Assembly (NCBI RefSeq): GCF_004010195.1
Contig: NC_057724.1
Span: 65,730,096 to 65,794,095, forward strand
Reading direction: 5' to 3'
DNA length: 64,000 nt
DNA from: Chiloscyllium plagiosum
Lineage: Eukaryota
Every line of letters begins with the position of its first letter. Position 1 is the first letter of the stretch. A program made the translations under genes and the position numbers. Shown here piece by piece: positions 12,093 through 24,880 of the stretch. The notes under the pieces were generated by a model. It was not told where the DNA came from, ran no database searches, and saw nothing but the letters and a program-made list of their open reading frames with translations.

Positions 12093-13639
12093 GTAAGTAG
12101 TTACTGTGACAAAATTATATCAAACTTCTTTTAAATCATAAGGGCCACATTATTAAATTGCCTTAAAAGTCAGAGGCTGCTGTTTATTTTCTATTTAATT
12201 CTTATTTATGATGAGAGTCTAGACTACTTCTAATATTAATGTTGTGGTACTATATTAATGGTGTTGTTAGTTAATGAAATCTTAGAACTGAAAAACGCAA
12301 GTTTAATTTGCACATGTGTATTAAAACGATTTTGCAGTCACATAGATTGTAAGTCTGCCAGACCATGGAATCATTTTAGACATGTGATCAATAAAGCTGT
12401 CAACAAAACTCCGTTCAGAATCCGGTTGTCTGCGACATGTGCAAAGCCTTCGGGTGCTGTCATCTAGAACCTGTACTTGGCACTGTGTATGTAGTCAGTT
12501 GGGCTTTGCAGTGCACTATATTAGGGTCATGTGATAAAGTGTTGTCTCATAACATTAACGTTTAAATATGGTCCTGAGGGACATGGCTGAGCATAGACAT
12601 GATTCTCTCCTGGCAGACTGTGTACGGTTTGCACACCAGCTGCACTTGGGCAATAAAATAGAAGCAAACCATTGTGGTTGTTAGCAATTTTTGAAACTAA
12701 AGCAGAAATTGCTGAAAATACTAAGATATAGCAACACAGAGAGAAACTAAGTTAACATATCAGGTCGAGGAATTTTCTTCAGAACTGAAATTTCTCTGCT
12801 TACAGATGCTGCAGTATATTCTGCATTTCCCATTTTTATTTCCGTATTGGTGCTTTTGTGTGCACTTCTCTCTACTGCTACTGGTCTAACTTCCATATAA
12901 CGATGTCAGAGCCATTGTAAATAACCAAAAATACACACACAATCTGATTAATTTGATTTATTTTCAGAGTACAACTTTGCCCAAAGACAGGTGTAGCACA
13001 ATGCTAAGCTTCAATTAATGTCTCAAACCAGATGTTGAACCTGTTTCAAACTGGGAGTGACATTGTTTAACTCTTGCAGTGGGCAGTGCTGGTGCTCTGA
13101 AATTAACTGCAAAACCTCGACCACAAGCAGCTTGATTTTTGGGTACTATTTCAGAGGATATAATGTTTATTAAATGAGAGAATGGACTCAAGTGGATTTT
13201 TTTGTAAATGTTTCTTGAGTCATTTTTGCTAATCTTTTGGGGAAATTCCATCTGTAGTGGGTTTTTTTTGTTTGTTTGTAAACGACTGCATCAGCAATTC
13301 CAAAATGAGTTTAAACCTAAAATTATTGTTCAATTTTTGTCTGTAATGAGGGGACTGGTTGATTTTGTTCAGAAATTGAATGTGTATCTAATAGAAGGGG
13401 GTAGACCGGGTAGAGCCAGGGTGAAGAGATGTAGAAATTCAAAGGACAAAATTGGAGGCAACAGAACATTCTAGCAATGTGGATATGGACAAGTAAAATT
13501 AGACCAGAAGAAACAAAGAGTTTACAACAGTAATTGTACGTTAACAAGTAAGTGCAATGCGAGGAAAGTAGTAGAAAAAATGAGAATGAAGCCTCCTTAT
13601 CTAGAAACCCAACTGTCGGTGTGGACTTGTTGGGCCAAA

Positions 13640-15810
13640 AGGCCTGTTTCCACACTGTAGAGAATCTAATGCAATAAGCTAGATGATCTAATGGGTACAA
13701 ATAAAGATAAAAAGATTGGATCCACCAACATTACAGGAACTCGACCATATGGTGACAAAGTTTGGGGAAAAACATATTCCAGTGTATACAGTATTTTAAC
13801 GGCCAACATAATGGCAAAGTAGAAGTGTTGCCCAGATAGTAAACTATGGCATAAGGATATTGAGAAATAATGGTGAAGTAGAACAGAGTGCATGGAGATT
13901 TGGAAGTGCAAGATTAAAAAAAAAAATTGTTGGAGAGTTGTTTTAAGGCCACCTAACTGTAGTAAATTGTTAGATTGGGCATTAAACAAGAATTGATTGG
14001 AGTATGTAGCAAAGACAGTGGAATAATTGTGGAGTGCTTTAATCATTGCATAGTCTAGACTAAATCAAACTGAAGAAGGGCTCATGCTCGAAACGTCGAT
14101 TCTCCTGCTCCTTGGATGCTGCCTCACCTGCTGTGCTTTTCCAGCAACACATTTTCAGCGCTGATCTCCAGCATCTGCAGTCCTCACTTTCTCCTAAATC
14201 AAATTGTCAGGCTGGTCTACAAAATGCGTTTGTAGAATGTTGTTTATGTGACAGTTTCCTGAAACAATACATTGTGGAAACAGCTAGAGATAATTATTTT
14301 AGATCTAGTATTGTATATTGAGGCAAGGTTAATGAGTGATCACACAAGAAAGGTTCTATTAGGAATTAATTATCACAATATAGTTGAATTCCATGTTAAG
14401 ATTGAAATGACATACTCAGTCACAAACAAGAATCTTAATCTTAAACAAGGCCATTTCCATGGATTTGAGGAGAGAAAGCTGGGTAAGGTTGACTGGGTCA
14501 GTAGACAATAAGATGTAGTGATGGATAAGTGTGGGCAACATTTAAAGAAATTCAAAAATATTAAACAAAAATGCATTCAATTGAAAAGCACACACCAATA
14601 AAATGATCCAAATTATTGAGGAAGTTAAGGATAGTATTAAATTTTTATTTTTAGTAAAGAGGTTTATGAAGCTGCTAAAAGTAGCAGGAGATTAAACCAG
14701 CAAAGGCCTATGTTGAAAACCATACCAACAAAATGTTGATCTAACAGGGAAGAAGATGAAATGCGAGCTAATTAGCCAGGGATATAAAACTGAGTAAAAG
14801 TTTTCACATGTATATTTTTTAAAAAAGAGTAACCAAAGTAGACATTGGTTCCTTAGAAGTAGAGATAGAAGAAATTTATTATGGAGAGTGAGGAAATGGC
14901 AGAAACATTGAACAGATACTTTGTATATTTTCACAAGATCTGTGAAAATAGAGGGTACAAGTGCTGCTATGGGTGAGGAGATTAAAATCTGAAATCCCCA
15001 AGATCAACGATGACCTATCTCATCATGTCAATGAGAGAGCTACAGAGATGGTAGATGCAATGGCCAAACTTTTACAAAACTTCTGGAACTGCCTCAGAAA
15101 ATTGGAAATTAGCAAATGTGACACTGCTATTCAGGAGAGGAAGCATGCAATATCAGGGCAATTAGCCTAATATCATTATCAGGATATTGCTGGATACTAG
15201 AGTAACAAAGTTTTAACAATGCACTTCAAAAATCATAGTGTGATCAAAGTCAACATGGCCTTACAAATAGGAAATTGTATTTGATAAATTAAAGTTTTCT
15301 GTGGGTGTACCTTGTAAAATAAATAAGTAGTTTGGTTTCTTTTTTTTTTGAAGGAAGATATGTTTGCATTGGAGAGAGCAAAGTGAAGGTTCGTTGAATT
15401 AGTCCGTGGGATGAGAGGGTTGAATTATGATAAACTGAGTAAATAGGCCTATAGTTTCTGAGGTTTAGGAGATTGAGAAGTTATCACATTGAAACATAGA
15501 TTCTGAGGGAGCTAGACAAGGTGGACATTAAAATTGTTTCTGTTGACCAGGGAACCAGAATAAGGAGCATAGTTTTGCGATAAGGAGTTAATCACATATG
15601 ATTCAGATGAGGAGAAATAACTTCACTTAAAAGATTGTGAATCTTTTTTTGAAGTCTTCATTCCAGAGAATTGGGGATGTTCCTTTGTTGACTAATATTT
15701 AAGGCTTGGATGGACTGATTTTTATGGTCTTTCAGTGAATTTAGGGAAATGGCCAAGGATGTGGAGTTGAAGCCAAAGATCAGTTGTAATTCTACTGAAT
15801 GGTGGAGGAG
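13640..15810 (+). mobile_element. old degraded CR1-type LINE in UPF3B intron 2
   Basis: Degenerate CR1-like stretches such as gaaatggcagaaacattgaacagatacttt and a CR1-like 3' end near 15700-15800. Confidence 0.55.
14070..14193 (+). mobile_element. PLE terminal-repeat monomer starting at the hammerhead core, 10-bp TSD
   Basis: CTGAAGA a GGGC tcat GCTC GAAAC GTC; TSD ctaaatcaaa at 14060-14069 and 14194-14203. Confidence 0.75.
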
Positions 15811-15953
15811 GCACAACAGGATACGCTTTGCGTAAAATATGATCAGGACCTAATGATAGAAATTTTCTGTTTGTATATGTTGCTGCCACTATATTCTCAC
15901 TATATAGCCTTTCTCAATTTAATTCTCGCCTAAAACCTCTCCTGTTTCCACAG

Positions 15954-16060
15954 TTTGTTTCCTCATGTCTTTTCAAGAGCATACATCAACTTTAAAAATC
16001 AGGACGACATTGTCCTCTTCAGGGATCAATTTGATGGCTATGTTTTCATTGATAGCAAAG
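15954..16060 (+). CDS. UPF3B: UPF3B exon 3 (LFPHVFSRAYINFKNQDDIVLFRDQFDGYVFIDSK)
   Basis: cag acceptor, gtatgg donor, 107 nt; RAYINF and FDGYVF motifs. Confidence 0.97.
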
Positions 16061-17365
16061 GTATGGTAGTTTTAACTCTGCACATTGGTGAATGTACTGA
16101 CACTGTCTTGTTTGATTTCCACGTTTAATATCTGTTAAGTCCCTTGCCTTCAAACATGCATTTCAAAAATGCATTGTAAGGAATCATGTGTATTTGTCTA
16201 TCTGATATATACTAGTGTACTGGAAATGTGGAAAGAATCTAAATTAAAATTGTTCACAGAAATTTCACGTTCAGCCCAGAAGCATTATTTGATAAACAAA
16301 CTTGTCTTATTTAAATCAAATAAAATAGACAGAGCAGAAACAGTAATGATTGATTACCTTTTTAATACTTGCTGAAAGGAGTATTTGAGATTTTCCCTTT
16401 TGTATGATCTACTAAAAAGCACTGCTGTGATTAGATTTAATGTGCTTTGAAAGCAAACTGTTACAATGGAGGGTTTATTTTTTGCTTTAGAGAATCATTT
16501 TGCCTTTTTTTTTAAAAATTATTTCATTTATGAATAACCGTAAGGAAATATCAAAAACATTTTTTCATTATGTATGCTGATCAGCCCAACTTTAAAAGTT
16601 TTTACTTTTGTTAGTAGATGTAAAATGCAGAGAATGGAATTACAACTAAATAAACGCCAATCCTGACAGACTCCAAGTTGAATTAATTTTTAGAAGGAGT
16701 GATTCTTAATACTCCAAAGGATATTTTTCTGTTTGCAGTCCTTAAGTACATATATACCATATTTGAAAGGAACTTGGTGCCTGTGGTACAAATATTAGTG
16801 AGTACTATTTAATTCTGTAAAAATAGTACCAAGCAGGTACACCAGTTTTTCCACTTTCATCTGTTTATCAGTTAAAATGGCTGCACTGCTTGCAGGGATT
16901 GAAGTATTTATTTTTATTCTTTGATTTTCTGGGCTATTTCTTCATCCTCACTAGTTCCTTTGAGAGGTCGCAATCACATAGTTTGCTTTGGACTTGGCGG
17001 CTTTGCTTACCACCACATCACTGAATAATGAGTCTAGCAGCTCAGGAGACAATCACCGTCTGCTTGGGAAGCAACATCTTGCAGATTCTGACCATCCTAC
17101 GTGTAGGGATGACTACTTTCTGATTTGAATTTTCCTGCGTCATTTCTGGGCTTATGAAAGTGGATTTTCGGCAGCACCTCTGTGTATTTTGAACATTGGC
17201 CTGTTTAATGGATCTAAATGAAAATCTAACATTTTTAGCTGTTTGTTGAATAACTTAAGACAACAGTAGATGTGTCTTCAGCAAAATGTGTCTTTAATTC
17301 ATACTTAAATAAAGGGGTTTTTAAATGATTGTGTCTACTATGCTTCCCATCCTTGCACTCAATAG

Positions 17366-17464
17366 GGCAGGAGTACCCTGCGATTGTAGAATTTGCACCC
17401 TTTCAGAAAATTCCAAAAAAGAAGAGCAAGAAAAAAGATGCAAAAGTGGGAACTGTTGAAGATG
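17366..17464 (+). CDS. UPF3B: UPF3B exon 4 (QEYPAIVEFAPFQKIPKKKSKKKDAKVGTVED)
   Basis: tag acceptor, gtatgg donor, 99 nt; VEFAPFQK motif. Confidence 0.97.
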
Positions 17465-18619
17465 GTATGGATCCTATACATTTTAGTGATGGTATGGAGT
17501 ACTTTTTTTTTAAACAATGTAAACATTTTGTACACTGTTTTGTTCTATTCCATTTGTTTCTGCTTTCATGTTCATCTAGATGGGAAGGATGCAAGCTGTT
17601 CTAATTATCACAGAGAAGTTAATTGCCAGTTGCTGGAATTCTGGTGTCTATCATTATTGCACTGAGCCTTTAAAGTTACTGTACTGAAAGTTGTTAAAGT
17701 TTATTATTGGTTACTACAGTTGTACCAGTTACTGCTTGGGGGACAAATGACATGTTCTCAATGATCAACATTTTCTTTCAATATACTGTGGCTCAGTGAC
17801 AGTGCCTTCTCTTCTGAAAGGCATGAGTTTATAATGAGAATTGCAAACCTAATCACCTGCATTGGGGAGATGTTAGAAATTGCAGCAAACTCATCCTGTT
17901 TCCAGGTGGAAGGAAAAGTTGCCATAGTCGTACCACACAATACAGCTGCTCTCTCGTTATAGAAAAATGACTGATGGTGATTTGAGCTCAGGATCACCAT
18001 GCCTCAGGTGAAGGATTGGCAGAGGTGGAGTGCATCTAGTAGTTTTGAACACCAAAGCATTGATAATCCAGAGATGAAGGCCAATTATTTGTGCTCTAAC
18101 TATTGGGCCAGATTGACATCAACTAAATCCAATGAACCAGAGATTGCTGCACAATTCTGTCCAAGTAAATAAATTGGAAATATTTGAATATGGTTTTATT
18201 AAAATTCTCCATTTCTTTTCAGAATGTTACTTTGGATTGTTTTAGTGTTGTTTTAAAATGACAACTAAACTAATGTTGAGGTTGAATGGTGCAGACTCTT
18301 GAGGTGCAAGTTCAATCATTGTTATTATCTTACTGCTTTGGGTGGGTGTAGAAAGGCGTGAGTTGCTATTCCATGGAAATATGAAACTGGAATGGAGTTT
18401 CTGAACCATACTAGAGTTCAGTCATCAGAACAATAGATGTTTATGCCACAAGTTTCTGGAAAAGTGAATGGCAGGTTTATGTTTATTTCCTTAGCGCCAG
18501 GAATGTAGCAGAGTAATTGAATGTAAACACCTTGCCTTGTGTTTTCTTTTTGAGTCTTGTTTATGTTTGTTTTGGAATTGGTTGAGTTTTATTTAACTGT
18601 TTATATGTTCTTTTATCAG

Positions 18620-18733
18620 ATCCTGAATATAAAAAGTTCTTGGAGAGTTATAATAATGCAGATGATGAGAGAAATTCAAACAATCCTGAAACACTTTTGG
18701 AGGAAATTGAAGCTAAAACTAAAGAGTTAGCAG
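18620..18733 (+). CDS. UPF3B: UPF3B exon 5 (DPEYKKFLESY..PETLLEEIEAKTKELA)
   Basis: cag acceptor, gtaagt donor, 114 nt, phase 1/1. Confidence 0.96.
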
Positions 18734-19505
18734 GTAAGTTGATCTGTTTTATTAAGTCAAATTGCTTTCCAAGGTAATGTCTGTTCGGCAAAAATGACAA
18801 TATCAGAATTTGATCCAGAAAATTGAGTTCACTTTCTGATTGTATGCTATTTAATCTTAATGTAGCAACCTCTTACCATAACTAGCTAACCATTTTGTAC
18901 TAAACACGATCATCCCTATCATGATCAATGGGTTATTTCTTTACTTGATTCAGTGTTGACTTGTGGTTGGTGATGTGTCCTTACATTGGATCACATCATT
19001 CTAACTTACTTCATAAGAGTGAGGTAAGAGACAGAAATGCATTTGTTGTTATCACCACATGCATAATCAGACCTTTACCTTGGATTATTTGCATGTAAGC
19101 CCTTTTTAAGATGCATTTTCCATTTTTTTTTTTTGCTTGTATTTGTTTTTCCTTTCTTGTGCCCTATTCCTTTATTACTGCACATGTTCATGGCACTAAT
19201 AAAATTCTAAATCAGATCAAGAATTATATGGTACACATGGTATGAGACAAGTATTTGCCTGGTTATGAATTCAAATCTTCATATGAATTGAATTCCATGC
19301 ATTTTTGGGTTTAATTTATAACTGAAAAGATTATGTTAAAATAGCTAGTTGTTCAACACAACTGGATCATAAATACCCTTCAGTGAAGGAAGTTGTTTAC
19401 ATCCACCCAATCTTAAATTAGTCCATATTAAATAGTTGATTCTTAATACCCACTGAAACATCCTAAATCACTAAAGGCAACTCTGGTTAGATAACAAATG
19501 CATTA

Positions 19506-19704
19506 GAGCTGAAAATGTGTTGCTGGAGAAGCGCAGCAGGTCAGGCAGCATCCAGGGAACAGGAGAATCGACGTTTCGGGCATAAGCCCTTCTTCCTGAA
19601 ACGTCGATTCTCCTGTTCCCTGGATGCTGCCTGACCTGCTGCGCTTCTCCAGCAACACATTTTCAGCTCTGATCTCCAGCATCTGCAGACCTCACTTTCT
19701 CCCC
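19506..19704. mobile_element. palindromic PLE terminal-repeat insert with 14-bp TSD
   Basis: Arms gagctgaaaatgtgttgctggagaagcgcagc.. / ..gctgcgcttctccagcaacacattttcagctc; TSD taacaaatgcatta at 19492-19505 and 19705-19718. Confidence 0.85.
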
Positions 19705-19799
19705 TAACAAATGCATTACCCCTAAGAAATTAAGCACACCAATAGACTGACCATATTTTGTACATATAGGCTTCCAAGTCACAATGGTGTGACTTCCAG

Positions 19800-21330
19800 G
19801 GGAACCAGCAGAGTGGTGGTGTTTCCATGTGTCGTCTTGATTTTTCTAGGTGCTAGAGGTCATTGTTTTGGAAAGTGCTGTCAAAGGAGCCTGTGAATTG
19901 TTATAGTATTGCATTTTGTAGATTGTAAAGGTCTTGCCAATATCTGGTGGTAGTGGAGGGTGCAAATGTTGAAGCTCGTAGATGCATTGTATTGGATGGT
20001 ATCAAACATCTTAAGTGTTGTTGAAGCTCATTTGACTGCTCCCCATTTGCCTGGATATCCTGTTCTTAAATTGTGCCTTGTAGATGGCCATCAGGCTTTG
20101 AGGAAATGAGAGGTGAATTGTTCACAGCAGGGTTTCTGGTTTCTAAACTGTTATTGTAACCATAAAACTGTTGTGGCTTTCCCGTTCCGTTTCTTGTCAG
20201 TGCTAACTCCCTTACATTATTGAATGTCAAGGAGAGATGGTTAAAGTCTCTCCTAGACATACTGCATGGAAACACACCATGTTTGCTGGTCAGCATAGAC
20301 ATCAAACTACACTAATTCCATTTATCTGGACTTGGTCCACAATCTATTACACCCTGGCATTTTAACTACTAATTCAGGTGCGTTTTGAAAGTTGCCCACT
20401 CTGGTATATACCTGCCACACTCTAGGTTGAAAAAATAACTATTTCGCCTATCTTTCTTAAACCACTTGCTCCTCCCTTTAAATGTATGCCCTCTGTTCTT
20501 AGACACAGCTGTCATAGGCAAGGGATATTCATGATCTACTCTCTACCTCTCATAATTCTGTATATCTCGATCAGGTACTCCATTGGCCTCCTCAGCTCCA
20601 AGGAAAACATTGCAATCTATCCAGTCCGTCCTGATAACTTTGAGACTTTTGACCCCAGACAACATCGTGATTAATCTTCTGCCCACACTCTCTAGTGCAG
20701 TCACGTCTTTCCTACAGTGTGGGACCAGGACTGCACGCAGTATTCCATCTTTGGCCTAGCCCAATGTTTTGTTGAGGTGGTTATTACCTGACACTTTGAA
20801 ATGTAAATGTTACTTGCGCCTTGACTTCTCATGCCTGAATGTTACCCAGGTCTTGTTGCATTTGGATATGCGCATGCCTCAGTATCTGAGGAGTTACAAA
20901 TTATGCAATCATTAGTGAACTTCCCCAATTCTGACCTTCTGATGGATGGAAAGCCATTGAACCAGCTGAATTTGATAGGGCTTAGGATGATACCCTGAGG
21001 GAGACCTACAGAGATGCCCTGGAGATGAAATGATTGACTTCCTCCTTTTATGCCAAGTATAAAACCAGCCAGTGGAGAATCCAACACGCACAAGCACAGA
21101 TCACTGTTTTGTTAGGGTTCCTCGCTACCAATACTACTTTGATTCTTGCCTGCTGCCTCTGGAGGTCAGCTTTAGTCCGTGCTTGGAACAGATGTAATGA
21201 GGTTAGAAGTTGTGACCCTAGAAAAACTCAAACTGATTAGGTTATTGCTAATCAAATATCACGTACTGGTGTTGTTATAACCCCTTTCATAACTTTGACA
21301 ATCTAGAGTAGTGATAATTGGCCAAGTTAG
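19800..21330 (-). mobile_element. old degraded non-LTR retroelement fragments
   Basis: Degenerate RT-like sequence (e.g. gcttaggatgataccctgagggagacc = GLPQGIILSP on minus); a CR1-like piece is nested at about 20290-20780. Confidence 0.5.
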
Positions 21331-21414
21331 ATTTATAGTACTTTTTGTAGGCAAGACACATCTAGGCATTTTTTTTCCACATTGTCAAGCAAAAAATCAA
21401 ACTTCAAAGTTTGG

Positions 21415-21643
21415 GCGAAGATTTGTAGCTCGGGTGCTCGTTGTTGTGGTTCTGTTCGCTGAGCTGGAAGTTTTTGTTGCAAACGTTTCGTCCCCTGGCT
21501 AGGCGACATCATCACCACTATAAACACCGGAGGAAACATCAAAGAAGTGCTTCGCAGGAGGCTCCCAAGCACTGATGATGTCGCCTAGCCAAGGGACGAA
21601 ACGTTTGCAACAAAAACTTCCAGCTCGGCGAACAGAACCACAA
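21415..21643. mobile_element. palindromic insert of the second PLE family
   Basis: Arms about 21442-21514 and 21573-21643 are reverse complements; shares gatttgtagctc..gagctgg with the PLE ends at 5150 and 45790. Confidence 0.8.
21569..21608 (+). ncRNA. minimal hammerhead ribozyme motif, family 2
   Basis: GCA-CTGATGA-t-GTC..GAC-GAAAC-GTT-TGC: stem I GCA/TGC, stem II GTC(g)CC/GGGAC. Confidence 0.75.
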
Positions 21644-22048
21644 TAAACTAAACTGACTGAAGACTAATATATATGATCCTGGGAGCCTCGGGATGAGGCT
21701 AAAATGGATCTACCACTCTGCACTTCAGAAGATAGTTGCACGTTTGTCAGTTTTGTCTTAGGCGCTGGTGTGCTGAGCCCCCCCCATTGCCATTCATGAC
21801 TGGATGTGGCAATGCCACAGAGCTTGGGTCTGATCTGTTGGTTGTAGGAATACCTTACCCTATCTAATGCATGTTGCTGCTGCTATTTGGCACATGAGTA
21901 ATCCTATGTAGCTTCACCATGTAACTGACGTTTTAGATGTGCCTTGTACTGCATCTGGTATGCCCTCCTGAACTTTTCATTTAATCAAGTTTGATCTCCT
22001 GGTTTTATGGTAAACCGGGCACAATATGCCAGTAATGAGGTTGTATGT

Positions 22049-22240
22049 TATAAGACATAGGAGCAGAAGTAAGGCCATTCGGCCTATCGAGTCCACTCCG
22101 CCATTCAATCATGGCTGATCGGCATTTCAACTCCACTTACCCGCATTCTCCCCGTAGCCCTTAATTCCTTGTGACATCAAGAATTTATCAATTTCTGCCT
22201 TGAAGACATTTAGCGTCCCAGCCTCCACTGCACTCTGTGG
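22049..22240 (-). mobile_element. short CR1 3' end (young)
   Basis: Nearly identical to 7456-7643. Confidence 0.8.
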
Positions 22241-22563
22241 CGGATTTATGGTGGAATACAATTCTGCTGCTGATGGCTCATATTGACCCATTGCCCAGTT
22301 TTGATCTGTTCAAAATCTTATCACGTTCAGAATGATGCAAGATAATCTGAATGTGAAGACAACTTTGTCTCCACAAAGTGTGTGCAGTTTTACTCCTGCT
22401 GCTGTCATGGACATATAAGTGTGCCACAGGCATATTGATGAGGTCAAGTAGGTCTTTGCTTTTTTAGTTGGTTCCGTCACTATGTGCAACTGAGCTCTCT
22501 GCTGGACATTGGAGTTCACTGCAGCCCATTCTGTGGCCTTGCCACATTCTTTACATTATTCTC

Positions 22564-22781
22564 GATTAGTGGTGCTGGAAGAACACAGCAGTTCAGGCAG
22601 CATCCGAGGAGCAGTAAAATTGACTTTTCGGGCAAAAGCCCTTCATCTGGAATACTGATGAAGGGCTTTTGCCCGAAACGTCGATTTTACTGCTCCTCGG
22701 ATGCTGCCTGAACTGCTGTGTTCTTCCAGCACCACTAATCCAGAATCTGATTTCCAGCATCTGCAGTCATTGTTTTTACCT
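22564..22781. mobile_element. palindromic PLE terminal-repeat insert with intact plus-strand hammerhead core (22655-22682)
   Basis: CTGATGA a GGGC tttt GCCC GAAAC GTC; inverted arms; imperfect flanking repeat acattcttta[c/g]atta at 22544-22558 and 22782-22796. Confidence 0.8.
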
Positions 22782-23186
22782 ACATTCTTTAGATTAGCCC
22801 ATTTTTGCTCTAATACTTGCAATGTATGATTCATTTGTCCCCAGTGCTGCATCATTATAATGTACGTATGGCACAGAAAAAAGCCATGTGGTCCAACCAG
22901 TCGTTGCCACTACACAGCACTCACAGCTTCCATCCTTTCTTATTTCACTTTATCAGCTTAACCCTTCATTCCCTTCTCTGTCATTTAGCTTACATGCTTC
23001 CTCTTTTATGACTGTCCCTGTTACACGTTGATACCATCCCTTGGAAAGGAGGTTTCTTCTAAATTCTGCATTGCATTTGTTTTATATACTTCTTTTCCCA
23101 GTGTTACATTATCAGTTTGTAGAGACTCAATCAAAGCTTTTTGCGTATGTGCAAATTGATGAAATGGGTTTTTTTTCCATTACCAG

Positions 23187-23230
23187 CTAAGAAAACCACA
23201 CCCCTTTTGGACTACGTGAAAAATAAACAG
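23187..23230 (+). CDS. UPF3B: UPF3B exon 6 (AKKTTPLLDYVKNKQ)
   Basis: 44 nt, cag acceptor, gtaatt donor; TTPLL motif. Confidence 0.96.
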
Positions 23231-23349
23231 GTAATTTTTTTTGTTTTTGTCTTTTTATTTTACAAAGCTAATATACAGGGAGGCAATTTTGTTTATTCAA
23301 ATGGTTATTCATTGTCTGACTACTTTAAATTATTTTTCTTCTACAACAG

Positions 23350-23541
23350 AGAATAAGAGAGGAGAAAAGAGAAGAAAGGAGACGAAGAGAGTTGGAAAAA
23401 AGGCGACTCCGTGAAGAAGAAAAGAGAAAGTGGAGAGAGGACGAAAGACGGAAAAGGAGAGAAGCAGAGAAGCAAAAGAAGATGTTAGAAAAAGGATTTG
23501 AAAAAGACAAGGACAGATCGAAGGATGAGCCAAAGATAAAA
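23350..23541 (+). CDS. UPF3B: UPF3B exon 7 (RIREEKREERRRRELEKRR..DEPKIK)
   Basis: 192 nt, cag acceptor, weak gtactc donor; charged coiled-coil ending in EPKIK. Confidence 0.9.
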
Positions 23542-23629
23542 GTACTCGACATAATGTTAAATATTCTAGCAAACTGTTTCAATTTAAATTATTATATGCT
23601 TGACAGCAAACATCATTCTGTATTTGTAG

Positions 23630-23787
23630 CTTCTGAAGAAGGCAGATAAAGGGGATGACTCCTCCAGTCTAGAAAAGCCAAGGGAGAAAGTGAAGAAACT
23701 GGAGAGAGAGAGAGCTAAAGAGGACAGACCATTCACTGGACAGGGTAAACGCCTGGAGAGCACCATCAAAGAAGATAAAGGAAAGAA
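23630..23787 (+). CDS. UPF3B: UPF3B exon 8 (LLKKADKGDD..KEDKGK)
   Basis: tag acceptor, gtgagt donor, 158 nt; LLKK start continues KIK-LLKK. Confidence 0.9.
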
Positions 23788-24669
23788 GTGAGTGAGATTA
23801 AATTTAAACCGCATATATCCTTTGGTCTTATGTGGTTGAGCCATTCTCTTATGGAGTCAGACTTTGATACTAAATTGGTGTTGTGGTTTGCATCCACCCT
23901 TCAATTGAGGAGGAACTTGACAGTGGTGCAAATTCTAAGGAAGTGTGAATGCTTACTGTCATGAGCCTAGCATTTGAACTGGTTTCTTCCTATAAGTTGG
24001 TGTCTTGTCAATCCTGGCTAAGCATCTCTTGATATTTTTCTTTGAGTAAACCTTGAGTCATTTGCTAGATGATCTTCTGATGAAGTTCTTTTTCTAAGCA
24101 ATCTCCCAAGTATTAGCTTAGATAAACCCATTTCTGTGTCCAGCATCAATTCCTGGAAAGGTGGCAGTGGGAAATGCCCCAGTACATGCATTTGTGAACT
24201 GTTCGTTTGGGTTGGGGTGAGTAGCAGGTCTGTACATATTTTCTTCCTCCTCTTTTTGTGCGTAAACAGTATTTGACTGCTAGAACTTATAGAAACAGAT
24301 TTCTATCTTGCCACTCTGCCTGGCTATTATACTGCATTTCAGAGTGGTGTGTGAAACTTTAAACGATGGTTCAAGGAACAGTCTATGGTGATAATTGAGA
24401 AAAGAGCAAACCTTTTTATTACTATTGCAAACCTTTATCTAGATCAACAGGGTATGATTTTCAACTAGATTTTGAACTGTGAATAAATAAGCAAGTATAT
24501 GGGATGCAACTTATTGGACTCCAGAATATCCCAAAGCACTTAACCTCAAAAGTACCTGATTGGCGGTAAAGTTGTAATGTAAGAAGTTAGTCGTCAATTG
24601 GCACACGGGAAAGTCTGTTAATGAATGTTGATGTAAATTGTTTCACCTATGTTGATTCCGGAATAAATA

Positions 24670-24880
24670 TTTGCCAGGACACCAGACCAAACTCCCCAAC
24701 TCTTATTCTCAAAAACTTGATCTTTTGCATCTATCCAAGAGTGCAAATTGTGTGTCAATTTGAGTCTGAATGATGGCAGCTTTGACAGTGCAGCTCTCCC
24801 TCAGTGTTGTACTGAAGTCTGATTTTTGGAATGGGACTTTAATCCACAGCCTTTGATTTGGAGATGCGTGTGTTATCCCT
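24670..24880 (-). mobile_element. ancient Deu-domain-like SINE (SacSINE1/AmnSINE-like) remnant
   Basis: gacagtgcagctctccctcagtg resembles the conserved DeuSINE segment; the reverse form gagggagtgctgcactgtc occurs at about 9055-9073. Recognised from memory only. Confidence 0.5.

Noticed and set aside
19506-19704. Palindromes as MITEs/DNA transposons, miRNA genes or CRISPR-like repeats
   Set aside because: Arms match PLE 3' ends, have an asymmetric tail and long variable TSDs, and are dispersed rather than regularly spaced.
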